Source: a virus (Duplodnaviria; Caudoviricetes). From it: a stretch of 31,701 bases of DNA. The stretch spans positions 1 to 31,701 of IMG/VR virus record IMGVR_UViG_3300044806_000461. One strand, 5' to 3'. The position numbers were made by a program, and so were the translations under genes. Under the pieces are notes generated by a model. The model made no database searches. It saw only the letters and a program-made list of their open reading frames with translations, and was not told the origin of the DNA. This document shows, piece after piece, positions 8,913 through 18,188 of this stretch. The stretch's first letter is position 1, and the number at the start of each line of letters is the position of its first letter.

Positions 8913-10586
8913 TCACCTCCCGCACTTAGTGTAGTCTAACATCGCGGACGCCACGGTGAATGGCGCCGGATCCGTGAACGAGACCCGGAACGCCACGCGG
9001 CGCCCCTTGCCAAGATGGCTCCAGCGCGTGGAATATCCGTACTGTCCCTGCCTACCCGCGTCGGCCCAGCACTCGGGCTCCCACGTATAACCTCCGTCGA
9101 AGCTCACCTGGAGCATCACGCGCGGATTGTATCCATCGGACGACGGATCAGCCGAAGCCGTCCGTCCGTTGTCAATGATGAGCTCCAACGAATGAAGTAT
9201 CATGTCCTTGAAATCGTTGATGATTATGCCCGTGACGCGTGTCCGCTGTATCAGCCTTCCGGCGTGGTCAGTGAATTTGTCCTCGTCGAGATAGACAACG
9301 GAATTTTCGCGGTAGCTCCCGAGCATGATCTTGCCGTAGCAGCGCATGGCGAAAGAAGGAAACCACATCCTCAAGGTGTTTTTGGTTTCGTCCCTCGTCG
9401 CCCGGGTGGTCCAAGAATCCTCCGCGAAGTCGTAGCAAAAAGTCACGTCCTCTGTAGGGAACGAGATCAGATAGAACTGATGCCCGTCCTTGGTGTATGA
9501 GTAGCCGAAGGCGTCGTCGCTCCGGCTCATCGTGCTTATGCGGCGCTCTAGCCAGTCCTTGGATATGCGCGTGACTCCGTCCTCTCCCACCGACCAGATG
9601 GAGTTGTATCCAGTCGATGAGCTTCCCAGAAACACTACGCGTCCGTTGACCTCGGCCACGCTCTTGGGTGCCTTGCACCCGATGGACGACGTTTTGCCTG
9701 TCGTGATGTATGGGGTGTAAAGGGAATCCTGCCACTGGTATATCTGATAGGTGGACGAACCCAGTACGAGCATGAAGGCGTCCACGGCTTTTATTGCGAC
9801 GATCGGGTCGTTCCGGAATTCCGCCTTGATGAAGTTTAGCGACCCCATCCACACGTCTTCTTTCTGAAGCGTCCCGTCCACGTATGAATCTTCGCTGGGC
9901 GCGTAGTACTGATTGTCGGAAAACGCCACTTCGGTGCCGTCTTTTTTGGTGTACGCGTAGCGCGTCTTATACTGATAAAAGGCGTGCTGGTCGTCCGTGC
10001 CGTTTGGCTTTCCGAGCTCAGAATAATAAAAGTAGTCCTTGCCATAATCGTTCACGATGATGCGGTAGTTTAGCGCCGTCATCATCGTGGGCGATATGTT
10101 GACCGTGTCACCCGCGCGCACTGGGAGGGTGAGCGCGCTTATAGACGCCTCGCCGTCCGGCGACGTCAGGTTTACCGCGTAGACCTGATGATTGGAACAA
10201 ATGCAGAGATACCCGGGAACGCCCGAGGTCTCCGCGAAAGAGACGATCTCTCCGTTATTAGAGACGTCGCCTACGAGGAAGTAAGAGCCGTCCTTATAGA
10301 TGCGGTAAAGCGACGAGCCGAAGACGCCGTAGAGTATTTCGTCCCCGGCGTTCACCGAGGATTCCGGCGAGCACGTCGCCACGTGCATCCCTCGGCAGGG
10401 ACCGGCGCCCTCAAGCGTCGCAAATATGCTAGTACCCTCCACGGAACGCAGGATCTTTTTCGTGTACGTATCGGACGTCTCGACCGTCTCCTCGAACATG
10501 TTGACGGTCTCCTCATGGGAGATGAATCCCGCGTCCCTGTAACGGCAGGTGCCGCCCGTGAAAGAGCCTATTATGTTATGGCTCAC
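8913..10586 (-). CDS. P22 gp10-like packaged-DNA stabilisation / tail hub protein
   Basis: 557 aa; C-terminal SFDGGYTW...GRQGQY...RWSHLG..R..FRVSFTDP is typical of the gp10 family. Confidence 0.85.
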   Translation of the reverse strand: MSHNIIGSFTGGTCRYRDAGFISHEETVNMFEETVETSDTYTKKILRSVEGTSIFATLEGAGPCRGMHVATCSPESSVNAGDEILYGVFGSSLYRIYKDGSYFLVGDVSNNGEIVSFAETSGVPGYLCICSNHQVYAVNLTSPDGEASISALTLPVRAGDTVNISPTMMTALNYRIIVNDYGKDYFYYSELGKPNGTDDQHAFYQYKTRYAYTKKDGTEVAFSDNQYYAPSEDSYVDGTLQKEDVWMGSLNFIKAEFRNDPIVAIKAVDAFMLVLGSSTYQIYQWQDSLYTPYITTGKTSSIGCKAPKSVAEVNGRVVFLGSSSTGYNSIWSVGEDGVTRISKDWLERRISTMSRSDDAFGYSYTKDGHQFYLISFPTEDVTFCYDFAEDSWTTRATRDETKNTLRMWFPSFAMRCYGKIMLGSYRENSVVYLDEDKFTDHAGRLIQRTRVTGIIINDFKDMILHSLELIIDNGRTASADPSSDGYNPRVMLQVSFDGGYTWEPECWADAGRQGQYGYSTRWSHLGKGRRVAFRVSFTDPAPFTVASAMLDYTKCGR

Positions 10587-11263
10587 AGCATGCCCCGTCC
10601 TGAAAGGAAATCAGAATGGCTGTTTCCTGTCGTCGTGACCACCGCCGGGCAGCGCATGTTTGCATCCTTGATCATTCCCACGATGCGTTTGAGCTCTTCG
10701 GACTTGTCGTTGATAGTCTTTGCCTCGGCGTTGGCGTTGCGAAGAAGGCGGAGCTGAACGTCGTCGATGATTAGCTCCCTGTATTCCGGAGGCATGACGA
10801 AATTGTCGTTGAGCTGGTATTCCGGGAGTTCCTCTGCGACCGTCGCCATCAGCTTGTGTGAGGACAGCTTGACGTCAAGCGTCACCTGTCCATAGAGCGC
10901 TCCGTTCACTGCCGTCCCTCGTTTGTACGAATACGCCTCGGGAACGCTCCCGGAGTGGCGCAGGGAAAGTATGTCCTCGATGTCCACGGGCGTGAGGCGG
11001 ACGAAACAGTCCTCGGAATCCTTGCGGTGCAGGGAAAGCAGATGCACGGGATCGCCGGATATGAGGTAGCGCCCTTCGGTGTCAGCGACAAGTTCAACCG
11101 TCGAGGCGTTGAACTTTATGAGACACGAAAGGTTGTACGCATTCACGGCGCGGTTGATGAGGCGCCGGGTGAGCTCCATCTGGTCGGCCGGTACGGCCTG
11201 GCCGAAACGCACCAGGTCGATTTCCTCGTTTATGCTTTGTATCAGATCCCTTATGGTTGACAT
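10583..11263 (-). CDS. P22 gp4-like head-tail adaptor
   Basis: N-terminal TIRDLIQSINEEI pattern and late PPEY motif; lies between capsid and gp10-like genes. Confidence 0.65.
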   Translation of the reverse strand: MSTIRDLIQSINEEIDLVRFGQAVPADQMELTRRLINRAVNAYNLSCLIKFNASTVELVADTEGRYLISGDPVHLLSLHRKDSEDCFVRLTPVDIEDILSLRHSGSVPEAYSYKRGTAVNGALYGQVTLDVKLSSHKLMATVAEELPEYQLNDNFVMPPEYRELIIDDVQLRLLRNANAEAKTINDKSEELKRIVGMIKDANMRCPAVVTTTGNSHSDFLSGRGML

Positions 11264-11295
11264 AAAAACCTTGTGTGTAAAATTGCTTCATGCAT

Positions 11296-11349
11296 AAAAG
11301 AAAAAAGGCAGGGACACTTAGGCCGTAAGGCCTTTCGCATCCCTGCCTT
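11296..11349 (-). terminator. Intrinsic terminator after the major capsid gene
   Basis: Minus strand AAGGCAGGGA...TCCCTGCCTT 10-bp stem with inner AGGCC-TTAC-GGCCT hairpin, followed by TTTTCTTTT. Confidence 0.75.
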
Positions 11350-11383
11350 GCTTTACTCCGGGGCAGGCCGGAGAAATCCCTGC

Positions 11384-12601
11384 TTAGGCCATCTTGACGT
11401 AGATGAGCGAGCTGCGGCGGGAGTCGCGCGCGCCCGCGATGTACGCGGCGTCGAAGCGGTAGAACGCATTGGCGCTGCGGCCTTCGCCGTCCACGATTGC
11501 GGTGAGCTTTACCTTGCTGTTGATGGACGCGCCGCGGACGGTTTGGAAGCCGCCGAGACGGAGATCGACGCCGTCATAGATCAGGTTGCCACGCTCGAAG
11601 CCCCAGATGACCGAGTACTTACCGGCGCTCGCTCCGACGGCGGTGACCGTGGAGTCGGTGACGATTGGGAGACGCGTCACGTTAGCGTGCGCTCCGTCGA
11701 CGAGGCATGGGCCCACGTCAAGCGTCACGGCGCCGGTAACGCCTACCGCGTCGCTCTGGACGACGAAAGTTTTCGGGACCATCGTCTCGTTTCCGAGGGC
11801 GTCCTTGACGTAGATTCCTGCGATGCGGAACGTCGAGCCTTTCTTGATCGTCGTGCCCGTGGTGATGGCTGCGTCCGCGATAGTGATCTTTGCGGCGCTG
11901 TCGTCGGTGAAATCGACCGCGGAGACGCTTCCGTCGGGAAGGACGTTTGCGGCCGCGATCGTGATGAGGGGCATCTTGGACATCTTCCACATAACGTTGG
12001 AAAACTCGCCGATCTCCGCATACTTGTAGAGAGGGTCGTTCACCGCGGAAAAATTGAACTGGGAAAGTCCTTTCTTCGCGATCTTGCTGCGGACGATCGA
12101 AGACATGTATCCGTGCAGTTCGCCGAGGTTGAATTCGCCGAGGTAGCCCGCCATGTCGCCGAGCACGTCGTAGGAGAGATCCGCGAGCGCGATTTCAAGC
12201 GCCGAATCGGAAGTGGCGAAGCCGAGCTGCACCACGTCCGAGCCTACGGCTTCGCCGATGGAAGCGCAGCGGGGCTGCACGACTTCGGTGTCGAAACGGT
12301 CGATGTCGGTAGTGAGTTCGATGACGTCGGCTTCGACGGAATTGTTCGCCGTGCTGATCTCAAATTTCTTCGCCCATTCCTTCTGGGTGAGGGTCACGCC
12401 CGTGAGGTCACGCATTACTCCGCGGGTGATGACGGTGGTTCCTGGGTCAGGAAGTGCGATCTCGATCTTTCCTCCCGTGCGCCCTACGACGCTCTGCCCG
12501 CTGGACGCCGTGGAATCGAGGATCGGAATTTCCTTGTTGATCGCTTCCGAGAAAACAGCCATCGCAGGCTGCGTAATGTTGGTACTCATCTGAGTTGCCA
12601 T
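11384..12601 (-). CDS. Major capsid protein (P22 coat-like)
   Basis: 405 aa after the scaffold gene; GGKIEIALP, TIKKGSTFRIAG (P22 I-domain-like insertion) and terminal YRFDAAY; strongly biased codons. Confidence 0.88.
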   Translation of the reverse strand: MATQMSTNITQPAMAVFSEAINKEIPILDSTASSGQSVVGRTGGKIEIALPDPGTTVITRGVMRDLTGVTLTQKEWAKKFEISTANNSVEADVIELTTDIDRFDTEVVQPRCASIGEAVGSDVVQLGFATSDSALEIALADLSYDVLGDMAGYLGEFNLGELHGYMSSIVRSKIAKKGLSQFNFSAVNDPLYKYAEIGEFSNVMWKMSKMPLITIAAANVLPDGSVSAVDFTDDSAAKITIADAAITTGTTIKKGSTFRIAGIYVKDALGNETMVPKTFVVQSDAVGVTGAVTLDVGPCLVDGAHANVTRLPIVTDSTVTAVGASAGKYSVIWGFERGNLIYDGVDLRLGGFQTVRGASINSKVKLTAIVDGEGRSANAFYRFDAAYIAGARDSRRSSLIYVKMA

Positions 12602-12612
12602 TTAATTTGTCC

Positions 12613-13653
12613 TTAATACTTGCCGGGGTATTTCTTCGCGAGATACGCCCGGGCGTTGAAACCTGTGCCTGCTCCGCCGCCCCCGCCTACGGGCCCCGTG
12701 ACCGGCAGAGGCTTCTTTGCTGGAGCCTTCAGTGCCGGGTCAGCGGCGGCCGGAGTTCCGGGCGCGGCTTTCGCCTGCGTTAATTTGTCCGTGATTATGC
12801 GTTCGATGTTGCGGATGTCAGCCCGGATCTGGTCGGGCGACTCCTTCACAAGTTGCGCCATCGCCTCAGGATTCTTAGCGAGCAAGTCGTAGATGACCGG
12901 GGCGAACTTCGTGGCCTCGCAGGCCTCGGAGAAAGCGTTCCCGCCCTCTCCGCCGAAGAACTCCTCGTTGTCCTCGTACATGTCGCGCATGCGTTCCCGG
13001 AACGCCTTCTTGTCTTCTTCCTTCGGATAAAACGTCGTTATCCTTTCTTCCACGGCGCGGCGCATCTCCTGCGCCTGCCGGACATTTTCGCCGTTACGCG
13101 TCACCTCGTCGGTGACTTCAGCTCGGATCTTCTCCGAAAGTTTCTTCTCGCGCCACGCGTCGTATTCGGCGCGAGACCCGAAGTCTTCGGGAGTGAGTTT
13201 TTCTTCGGCCATACCGGTGGCCTCGTTGAGTTTCTTCTCAAGCTCTGCGATCTTCTTGTCGCGCTCCGAAAGTGCGCGTTCCTGCGCCCGGCCTGCACGT
13301 CCCAGACGCTTGTGAAGCTCGCTCTCGAAATGCCGCTGGATGCGGTCATATCTTTCGTCATCGGTGGATGGCGCGCCGGAAGACGGCTTGCCGTCTACGC
13401 CCGGAGTTCCGGCCTGTGCCTTTCCGTCCTTTACGGCAGTAGCCGCTGAAGCCGCCGGGATTCCGGAAATGTCCGGAGTCACGGCAGGAACTGCGGAGGT
13501 TACCGCGTCCGGCTTGACGGGCTGTTCCGCTGGAGCGGCCGGAGCAGGTCCACCGGATTTCGCCGGATCGACGGAAGGGGCCTGCTTTGCGGGCTCCGTG
13601 AATTCGGACGCAGGGCGCCCGGTATACTTGGACATGATGTCGCCAAACGGCAT
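12613..13653 (-). CDS. Scaffolding protein
   Basis: Pro/Ala-rich N-terminus, coiled coil with PEDF...EY motif, basic C-terminal helix; lies between portal and capsid. Confidence 0.8.
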   Translation of the reverse strand: MPFGDIMSKYTGRPASEFTEPAKQAPSVDPAKSGGPAPAAPAEQPVKPDAVTSAVPAVTPDISGIPAASAATAVKDGKAQAGTPGVDGKPSSGAPSTDDERYDRIQRHFESELHKRLGRAGRAQERALSERDKKIAELEKKLNEATGMAEEKLTPEDFGSRAEYDAWREKKLSEKIRAEVTDEVTRNGENVRQAQEMRRAVEERITTFYPKEEDKKAFRERMRDMYEDNEEFFGGEGGNAFSEACEATKFAPVIYDLLAKNPEAMAQLVKESPDQIRADIRNIERIITDKLTQAKAAPGTPAAADPALKAPAKKPLPVTGPVGGGGGAGTGFNARAYLAKKYPGKY

Positions 13654-13655
13654 AA

Positions 13656-15668
13656 TTACCTCGCTGCCTGATTGTTACTTTGTAATGAAATACCTGTCAC
13701 ACCCGGAAATGCGCCCGGGCGGTCGCGCATGAACTGCGCCACTTTGAGCGCCTGTTCATTGCGGATGCTGTCCGCCTCGTTAATTTGTCTGATAAGATCA
13801 TTGCGGGCTTTGGTGTCCGCCTCGCGCTGCGTCTGCGCGGCCGTGATGAGAGCTTCCCTGTGCTTGTCGTCCGCCTTGGCGGTCTCAAGCATCAGAGTCT
13901 GTTCAAACTCTCGTTGTCTCTGTTCCAAATCTAACAATTTTATGCGCAGGGTGTTAGCGTTTTGTTCGCGCGTCATAAGAAGCTGGTTCTGCGCCGCGAC
14001 CTCGTCCGTGTCCACCTTCTGCTGCAATTCAGAATTCGCCTGCTGCAACTGCTGGATGGCGGCAGCAGCCTGTGCCGCAGCCTGCTTCGTTTGTACGAGT
14101 TCGTTGACCACGGCCTGCATACCTCCAGCCCTTGGACGCAGCTCTTCCGGAAGCGTCTGAAGGATGACGTCGGCGAGGGCGTCCGCGTTCGGGATGTCGA
14201 GAGTGCGTACAAGTTCAGCCATCACCAGCGGCTTTGCCGTGTCGGGCACCAACGTCTGCGTCGCCATGAGCTGCTGTCGGAGACGCTCCTTCTGGAGGAC
14301 GACTTCAGGGCCCTTCTCCACGGAGACGCGGAAAGTGTTCTCGATGCCGGACGACTCGCAGATGATCTCGGTCATCACCTTCGCGAGCTGCGTGATCGAC
14401 TGGCGCGCGTGCGCGTAGTAGTGGCTGATGTTGTTCACTGAGTTCTGCGACCGCATCAGAACTTCATACGCCGTTTTCTGCTGGTCGCCTCCCTGGAAGT
14501 TAAGCCCGGATTCAGGGACGCCTATCATGTCGGAAATCTCGGCTTTGCACGCGACGATAATTTGTATCAAGTCTCCGGCCTGCACCTGCGGCGTCACGTG
14601 CACGGGAACGGCTAACGCCAATCCCGAGTTCCGGTCAATAGAATGAAAGCGGCGGTAAGGAGTGGATGCCTTTGAGCCTATCGAGTAGTCCTCGATGAAA
14701 CCTTCCGTGGCCTCGGCGCTGATGTAGTCGTAGGGCGTGGAAGGAACGGCGAGCCTTTCCTTAAGTTGTGCGTAACAGTAGTTGATAATTTGTATCAAGT
14801 CGCACACGCCGCCGGTGATGAAGCCCTCGTGCATCCGCACGTCACCTTCCCAGAGCTCGTCCCCCAGGAAGCAAACCGCTGGGATAGCGCTCACGCTGGA
14901 AAAAGTGCCGTGGCTGTAGACGGTGTCGCCGATGATGCGGTAAAAATTCACGCATCCGTTTTCCGCGTCACGCTCGAAAAAGACGACGTCGTTGACGGAG
15001 GACAGCGTCGAGCTCCAGTAGTTGCCGAGCGACCACGTCACGGAGCGGGAGAGACTTTCCTTGCTCGCGCCCGGGACCTTGCGCATAGCCTCCTCGATAG
15101 AAACCGAGTCAACGAAGGCGACAAAAAGGGCGTCGCTGCCGTCCTGTCTTTTTGACTCGGGATCAAAGATAACGGTGGTCGGGTCGTAGGATCTGTTGAC
15201 GATTAGCTTAGCGATTTTTGTTCCGTCTGGCCCGGTGACAAATTCGGTTGTCACGTAGGAGTAGCTCCTACCCATTATTCCCATGTCACCGATGCACTCG
15301 GAAAAAATCGAGTCGGCGTTCGATTCGGCAAGCGTCTCCGTGAGAATCCCTGAAGCGACGCCGTCATTGTCGCCCGCAAGATTGACCTCGTAAGGATAGG
15401 ACGAGTAACAGTTGCAGATTGCGTTCTTGTATTTCCGGAGACCGGAAACTCGCGTCTTCGCGCGGCCCTCGCCCCGGATGTCGCGTTCCTTATCGTCCCA
15501 GATGCCCGTCGATGCGTACAAAGTACGGGCCTTCTTCATCCGGTCGTATTCTTTCTTGTACCGGTCGGAAGAACGGGAGGCGCATTCTGACAGCCGCTTT
15601 ATGATGTCGCGCTGTTCGTCCGCCGAAAGGTCGTTATTACTTTGTGTCAAAACGGAATCATCTGCCAT
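13656..15668 (-). CDS. Portal protein (P22-like)
   Basis: 670 aa after TerL; IFDPESKRQDGSDA motif; long Gln/Ala-rich C-terminal barrel helix. Confidence 0.9.
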   Translation of the reverse strand: MADDSVLTQSNNDLSADEQRDIIKRLSECASRSSDRYKKEYDRMKKARTLYASTGIWDDKERDIRGEGRAKTRVSGLRKYKNAICNCYSSYPYEVNLAGDNDGVASGILTETLAESNADSIFSECIGDMGIMGRSYSYVTTEFVTGPDGTKIAKLIVNRSYDPTTVIFDPESKRQDGSDALFVAFVDSVSIEEAMRKVPGASKESLSRSVTWSLGNYWSSTLSSVNDVVFFERDAENGCVNFYRIIGDTVYSHGTFSSVSAIPAVCFLGDELWEGDVRMHEGFITGGVCDLIQIINYCYAQLKERLAVPSTPYDYISAEATEGFIEDYSIGSKASTPYRRFHSIDRNSGLALAVPVHVTPQVQAGDLIQIIVACKAEISDMIGVPESGLNFQGGDQQKTAYEVLMRSQNSVNNISHYYAHARQSITQLAKVMTEIICESSGIENTFRVSVEKGPEVVLQKERLRQQLMATQTLVPDTAKPLVMAELVRTLDIPNADALADVILQTLPEELRPRAGGMQAVVNELVQTKQAAAQAAAAIQQLQQANSELQQKVDTDEVAAQNQLLMTREQNANTLRIKLLDLEQRQREFEQTLMLETAKADDKHREALITAAQTQREADTKARNDLIRQINEADSIRNEQALKVAQFMRDRPGAFPGVTGISLQSNNQAAR

Positions 15669-16924
15669 CAGCTAAACCTCTGAATGGGAACTGGTTCATA
15701 TTCCGCGGGCCGTCCGAAACCGCGGTAGACTGCAAGTCCGCAGGCATCCGACTCGTCCGGAGAATGACCTAGGTCTTTGCGTATAAGTTTTTTGTCTATG
15801 ATCTGCTTCTTTCCGGACTGGTTAAGGAAGTAAGTGACGGACGGCATTTCGTCGCGCACCATGCGGGTGCAGGAAGTGTCGTAGCCGCCGTTCATAACAT
15901 TTCGGAAGCGGAAGTAGATGTCCGCGCGTCTGTTAGCGCATGCCTGGTCATATAGCGGCGAGGCCGCGAAGTTGTCCGGTCTTATACAATCACGGTACGG
16001 ACCGTTGCCCGCCGAGGCGATGAAGGCGGAAGCGTAGCCGCCCGTGTTGTCGAGGTCAAGGTTAAGCACCTCAAGGCCTTCCGCCATCTTAAGAAATTTG
16101 AGATAAACTAAATCGCCCGGCATCTTTCCGAAGTGCGAACAGGAAACGAAACCCGTAGAGTTAGCACAAACTACGACAGTGTCGTCCGTCCCCTCGCCCG
16201 CGAAGTCGATGCCGAAGTTGACCGGAAGACGCGAGGAAAGGCGGTGCGGATAGTCGAAGCACTCGTCCGGAATGACGGCGTTGATGGGCGACTCATCGAG
16301 AAGGTCTGCGTAGATTTCTTCCCGCATCAACTCGGGAGTATCGGACAGGACGTCAATGAATGATTTTTTTGTGTCCTCTGAAATGCAGTCATTGTCGAGA
16401 GAGGAAGCCTTGACGAACGTGATGTCGTCCCGGCGGCTCTTGCACATTTTATTGAACCAAGAGCCTCCGCAGGGAGTAGTCATAAAGTTGTACGTAGGGC
16501 GGACGCATCCGCCACGGCAACACAGGACGGCGTTCTTGAAGGCGGCGCGCTTGACGCGGCTCGCCTCGTCCATAAAAAGATCCGCGTAGTCCGTATACGA
16601 GCGGATGCTCTCCGGGTCCTCGCACGAAAGGAATAAAAATTTCGCCAGGTCCGTCACGATGACGTGATCCTCGGCATTTGACTTATACGGGATATGATAG
16701 AGGTCCAGGCACTCCTGGAAGCGCGGCATCACTGTCTGTCTGAGCTCGCGGAAAGTCCGGGCGGTTACGAGCTGGTTACGTCTGTAACGGGAAAGGAGCA
16801 CAGAGCGCTTCGCCGCCGCGTGCGTCTTGCCGTATCCACGCCCGGCGCACAGAACGTTGTACTTAGTCCCGGCGAAGATGAACTTAGCCTGACCGGCCGC
16901 GAGTCTGTCATCAACGTGGATCAA
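15668..16924 (-). CDS. terL: Terminase large subunit
   Basis: Walker A AGRGYGKT, Walker B LFMDEA, coupling motif MTTP, nuclease motifs GIDFA and SPDESDA. Confidence 0.95.
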   Translation of the reverse strand: MIHVDDRLAAGQAKFIFAGTKYNVLCAGRGYGKTHAAAKRSVLLSRYRRNQLVTARTFRELRQTVMPRFQECLDLYHIPYKSNAEDHVIVTDLAKFLFLSCEDPESIRSYTDYADLFMDEASRVKRAAFKNAVLCCRGGCVRPTYNFMTTPCGGSWFNKMCKSRRDDITFVKASSLDNDCISEDTKKSFIDVLSDTPELMREEIYADLLDESPINAVIPDECFDYPHRLSSRLPVNFGIDFAGEGTDDTVVVCANSTGFVSCSHFGKMPGDLVYLKFLKMAEGLEVLNLDLDNTGGYASAFIASAGNGPYRDCIRPDNFAASPLYDQACANRRADIYFRFRNVMNGGYDTSCTRMVRDEMPSVTYFLNQSGKKQIIDKKLIRKDLGHSPDESDACGLAVYRGFGRPAEYEPVPIQRFS

Positions 16925-17349
16925 ACGGAAGCCTCCACGTCGTCAGGATTCGCGAGGGTCATTTTTTTGTCGCCTTCGCCCGCGACGGTGAAAGTCACCT
17001 CGACAGGCTCGATCTCTGGGGCCTCGGCGTTCTGGTCCGGGTGAAGCCCGCCCATCTGGACGAGCTTTTCGAGGCTGAACGCGTCTCCCCTGCTGATGAT
17101 GGTCTTGATCACGGAGGCGACAAGGCAGGTGAGGAGGCTGACCTTGTCCTTGCCGCCGCCGATCTCAAGCGCGGTCGAAGCCGTGGCCAGCTTCGAATCT
17201 TTTGAAACTTTGTGTGTAATCGTCTGGAGGATGGCGTCCGAAAGAAGACGCGCTTCCTTGCGCTTGCGGCCCGCAGCCTTTCCGCCCATTGAGGCGAGTG
17301 GATTTCCCTTCGGAAAGCTCTTGAGGTTTTGTATCCTACCGTTGCGCAT
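16921..17349 (-). CDS. terS: Terminase small subunit (putative)
   Basis: N-terminal NLKSFPKG...GGKAAG..RK pattern; overlaps the terL start. Confidence 0.75.
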   Translation of the reverse strand: MRNGRIQNLKSFPKGNPLASMGGKAAGRKRKEARLLSDAILQTITHKVSKDSKLATASTALEIGGGKDKVSLLTCLVASVIKTIISRGDAFSLEKLVQMGGLHPDQNAEAPEIEPVEVTFTVAGEGDKKMTLANPDDVEASV

Positions 17350-17367
17350 CCGTTGATACTCCGTCCC

Positions 17368-17541
17368 TTAGACCATCTTCGTAATTGTCATAGTTTTGGG
17401 CTGATTTTTAGGAGCCGAGGCAAACCCTGCGATGAGCGCCCGCATCTCGGAAATGGACTTTTCGAGACTTCTGATTTTGCCGTCGTTAATTTGTTTGTAA
17501 TCGTCCAGGGACTTTTTGATTTCGGACATGGTGATGTTCAC
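17368..17541 (-). CDS. Small coiled-coil hypothetical protein (53-57 aa), first gene of the late operon
   Basis: Manual translation (V)NITMSEIKKSLDDYKQINDGKIRSLEKSISEMRALIAG...; AGAGG before GTG 17541, alternative ATG 17529. Confidence 0.6.
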   Translation of the reverse strand: MNITMSEIKKSLDDYKQINDGKIRSLEKSISEMRALIAGFASAPKNQPKTMTITKMV

Positions 17542-17562
17542 GCGGGCCTCTTTGTTGCCCTA

Positions 17563-17618
17563 AATATAGACTAAAATAGCAAGTATTTTTAGGTTTTTAT
17601 TTATTCCAAGTTGGAATA
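17563..17618 (-). promoter_or_regulatory. Putative late promoter: -10 TATATT without a -35, with an upstream palindrome
   Basis: TATATT on the minus strand at 17563-17568; TATTCCAA-G-TTGGAATA at 17602-17618. Confidence 0.45.
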
Positions 17619-17620
17619 TA

Positions 17621-17648
17621 CAAGAAATCCCGCCAAAACGGGCGGGAT
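17621..17648 (-). terminator. Intrinsic terminator
   Basis: ATCCCGCC-N6-GGCGGGAT 8-bp stem (17627-17648) followed by TTCTTG on the minus strand. Confidence 0.65.
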
Positions 17649-17671
17649 GATTGATTTTGCGTGGACCGCCG

Positions 17672-17878
17672 TCAGTAGCAGCGCTTGCCCTTGTAAAAAT
17701 CCCAGCGGAGGGTGAAGGGCATGGAGTAGCCGCCCATAAATGTCAGGCAGCCGCCTGATCCGCAGTAGGTGGCTTCCTGGTGCCCTTGGACCCACGTGAC
17801 CTTTTGACGCGTGATGGCCTCGCAGTATGCGGACGCGCAGACGGCGAGGAGGAGGAGAATGATCGTTACTTTTTTCAT
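17672..17878 (-). CDS. Small secreted protein (68 aa, signal peptide); moron-like
   Basis: MKKVTIILLLLAVCASA is a classic Sec signal; RBS AGAGG; has its own terminator. Confidence 0.75.
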   Translation of the reverse strand: MKKVTIILLLLAVCASAYCEAITRQKVTWVQGHQEATYCGSGGCLTFMGGYSMPFTLRWDFYKGKRCY

Positions 17879-17913
17879 GTTGCCTCTTTGATGTTGCCTC
17901 TTTGATGTTGCCC
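17877..17913. repeat. 14-bp tandem repeat (about 2.6 copies) containing the RBS
   Basis: ATGTTGCCTCTTTG at 17877-17890 and 17891-17904, partial copy from 17905. Confidence 0.9.
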
Positions 17914-17967
17914 AAATAAAATAAAAAAAAAGATGACATAAAGCTTTTTCTTTTTCTTTTTTTTTCA

Positions 17968-18034
17968 TTATCCTTATCCTTATCTTTATCTTTTATACTT
18001 ATACTTATACTTATACTTATACTTATACTTATAT
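17968..18034. repeat. Hexamer microsatellite: (TTATCC)2 (TTATCT)2 T (TTATAC)6 TTATAT
   Basis: Read directly from the sequence. Confidence 0.95.
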
Positions 18035-18042
18035 AAGGAGAG

Positions 18043-18113
18043 TGTCTTATAGTATCTTATAGATAAAAGCGTAAACATTATTTTTAAAAAGTACTACAAG
18101 ATACTATAAGATA
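18043..18113. repeat. Inverted pair of tandem 10-mers (consensus TATCTTATAG); candidate origin iterons or operators
   Basis: TGTCTTATAG-TATCTTATAG (18043-18062) and CTACAAGATA-CTATAAGATA (18094-18113) flank an AT-rich spacer. Confidence 0.7.
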
Positions 18114-18152
18114 TAAATTGCGACTATAGATGTAAAAAAAATAAAAAAAGTA

Positions 18153-18181
18153 TTGCCTTTGTATTTTTTTTGAATTATATT
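18153..18181 (+). promoter_or_regulatory. Sigma70-like early promoter
   Basis: TTGCCT-N17-TATATT with an upstream A-tract (UP-element-like). Confidence 0.7.
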
Positions 18182-18188
18182 TGTGCGC

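Noticed and set aside
11273-12616. 447-aa plus-strand ORF antisense to the capsid gene, and similar long antisense ORFs across 2-17 kb
   Set aside because: Shadow ORFs caused by GC-rich biased codon usage of the real minus-strand genes; no motifs or RBS
17601-17968. Longer ORF calls 17601..17939 and 17672..17968
   Set aside because: They extend into A/T tracts; the RBS and signal peptide support ATG 17878
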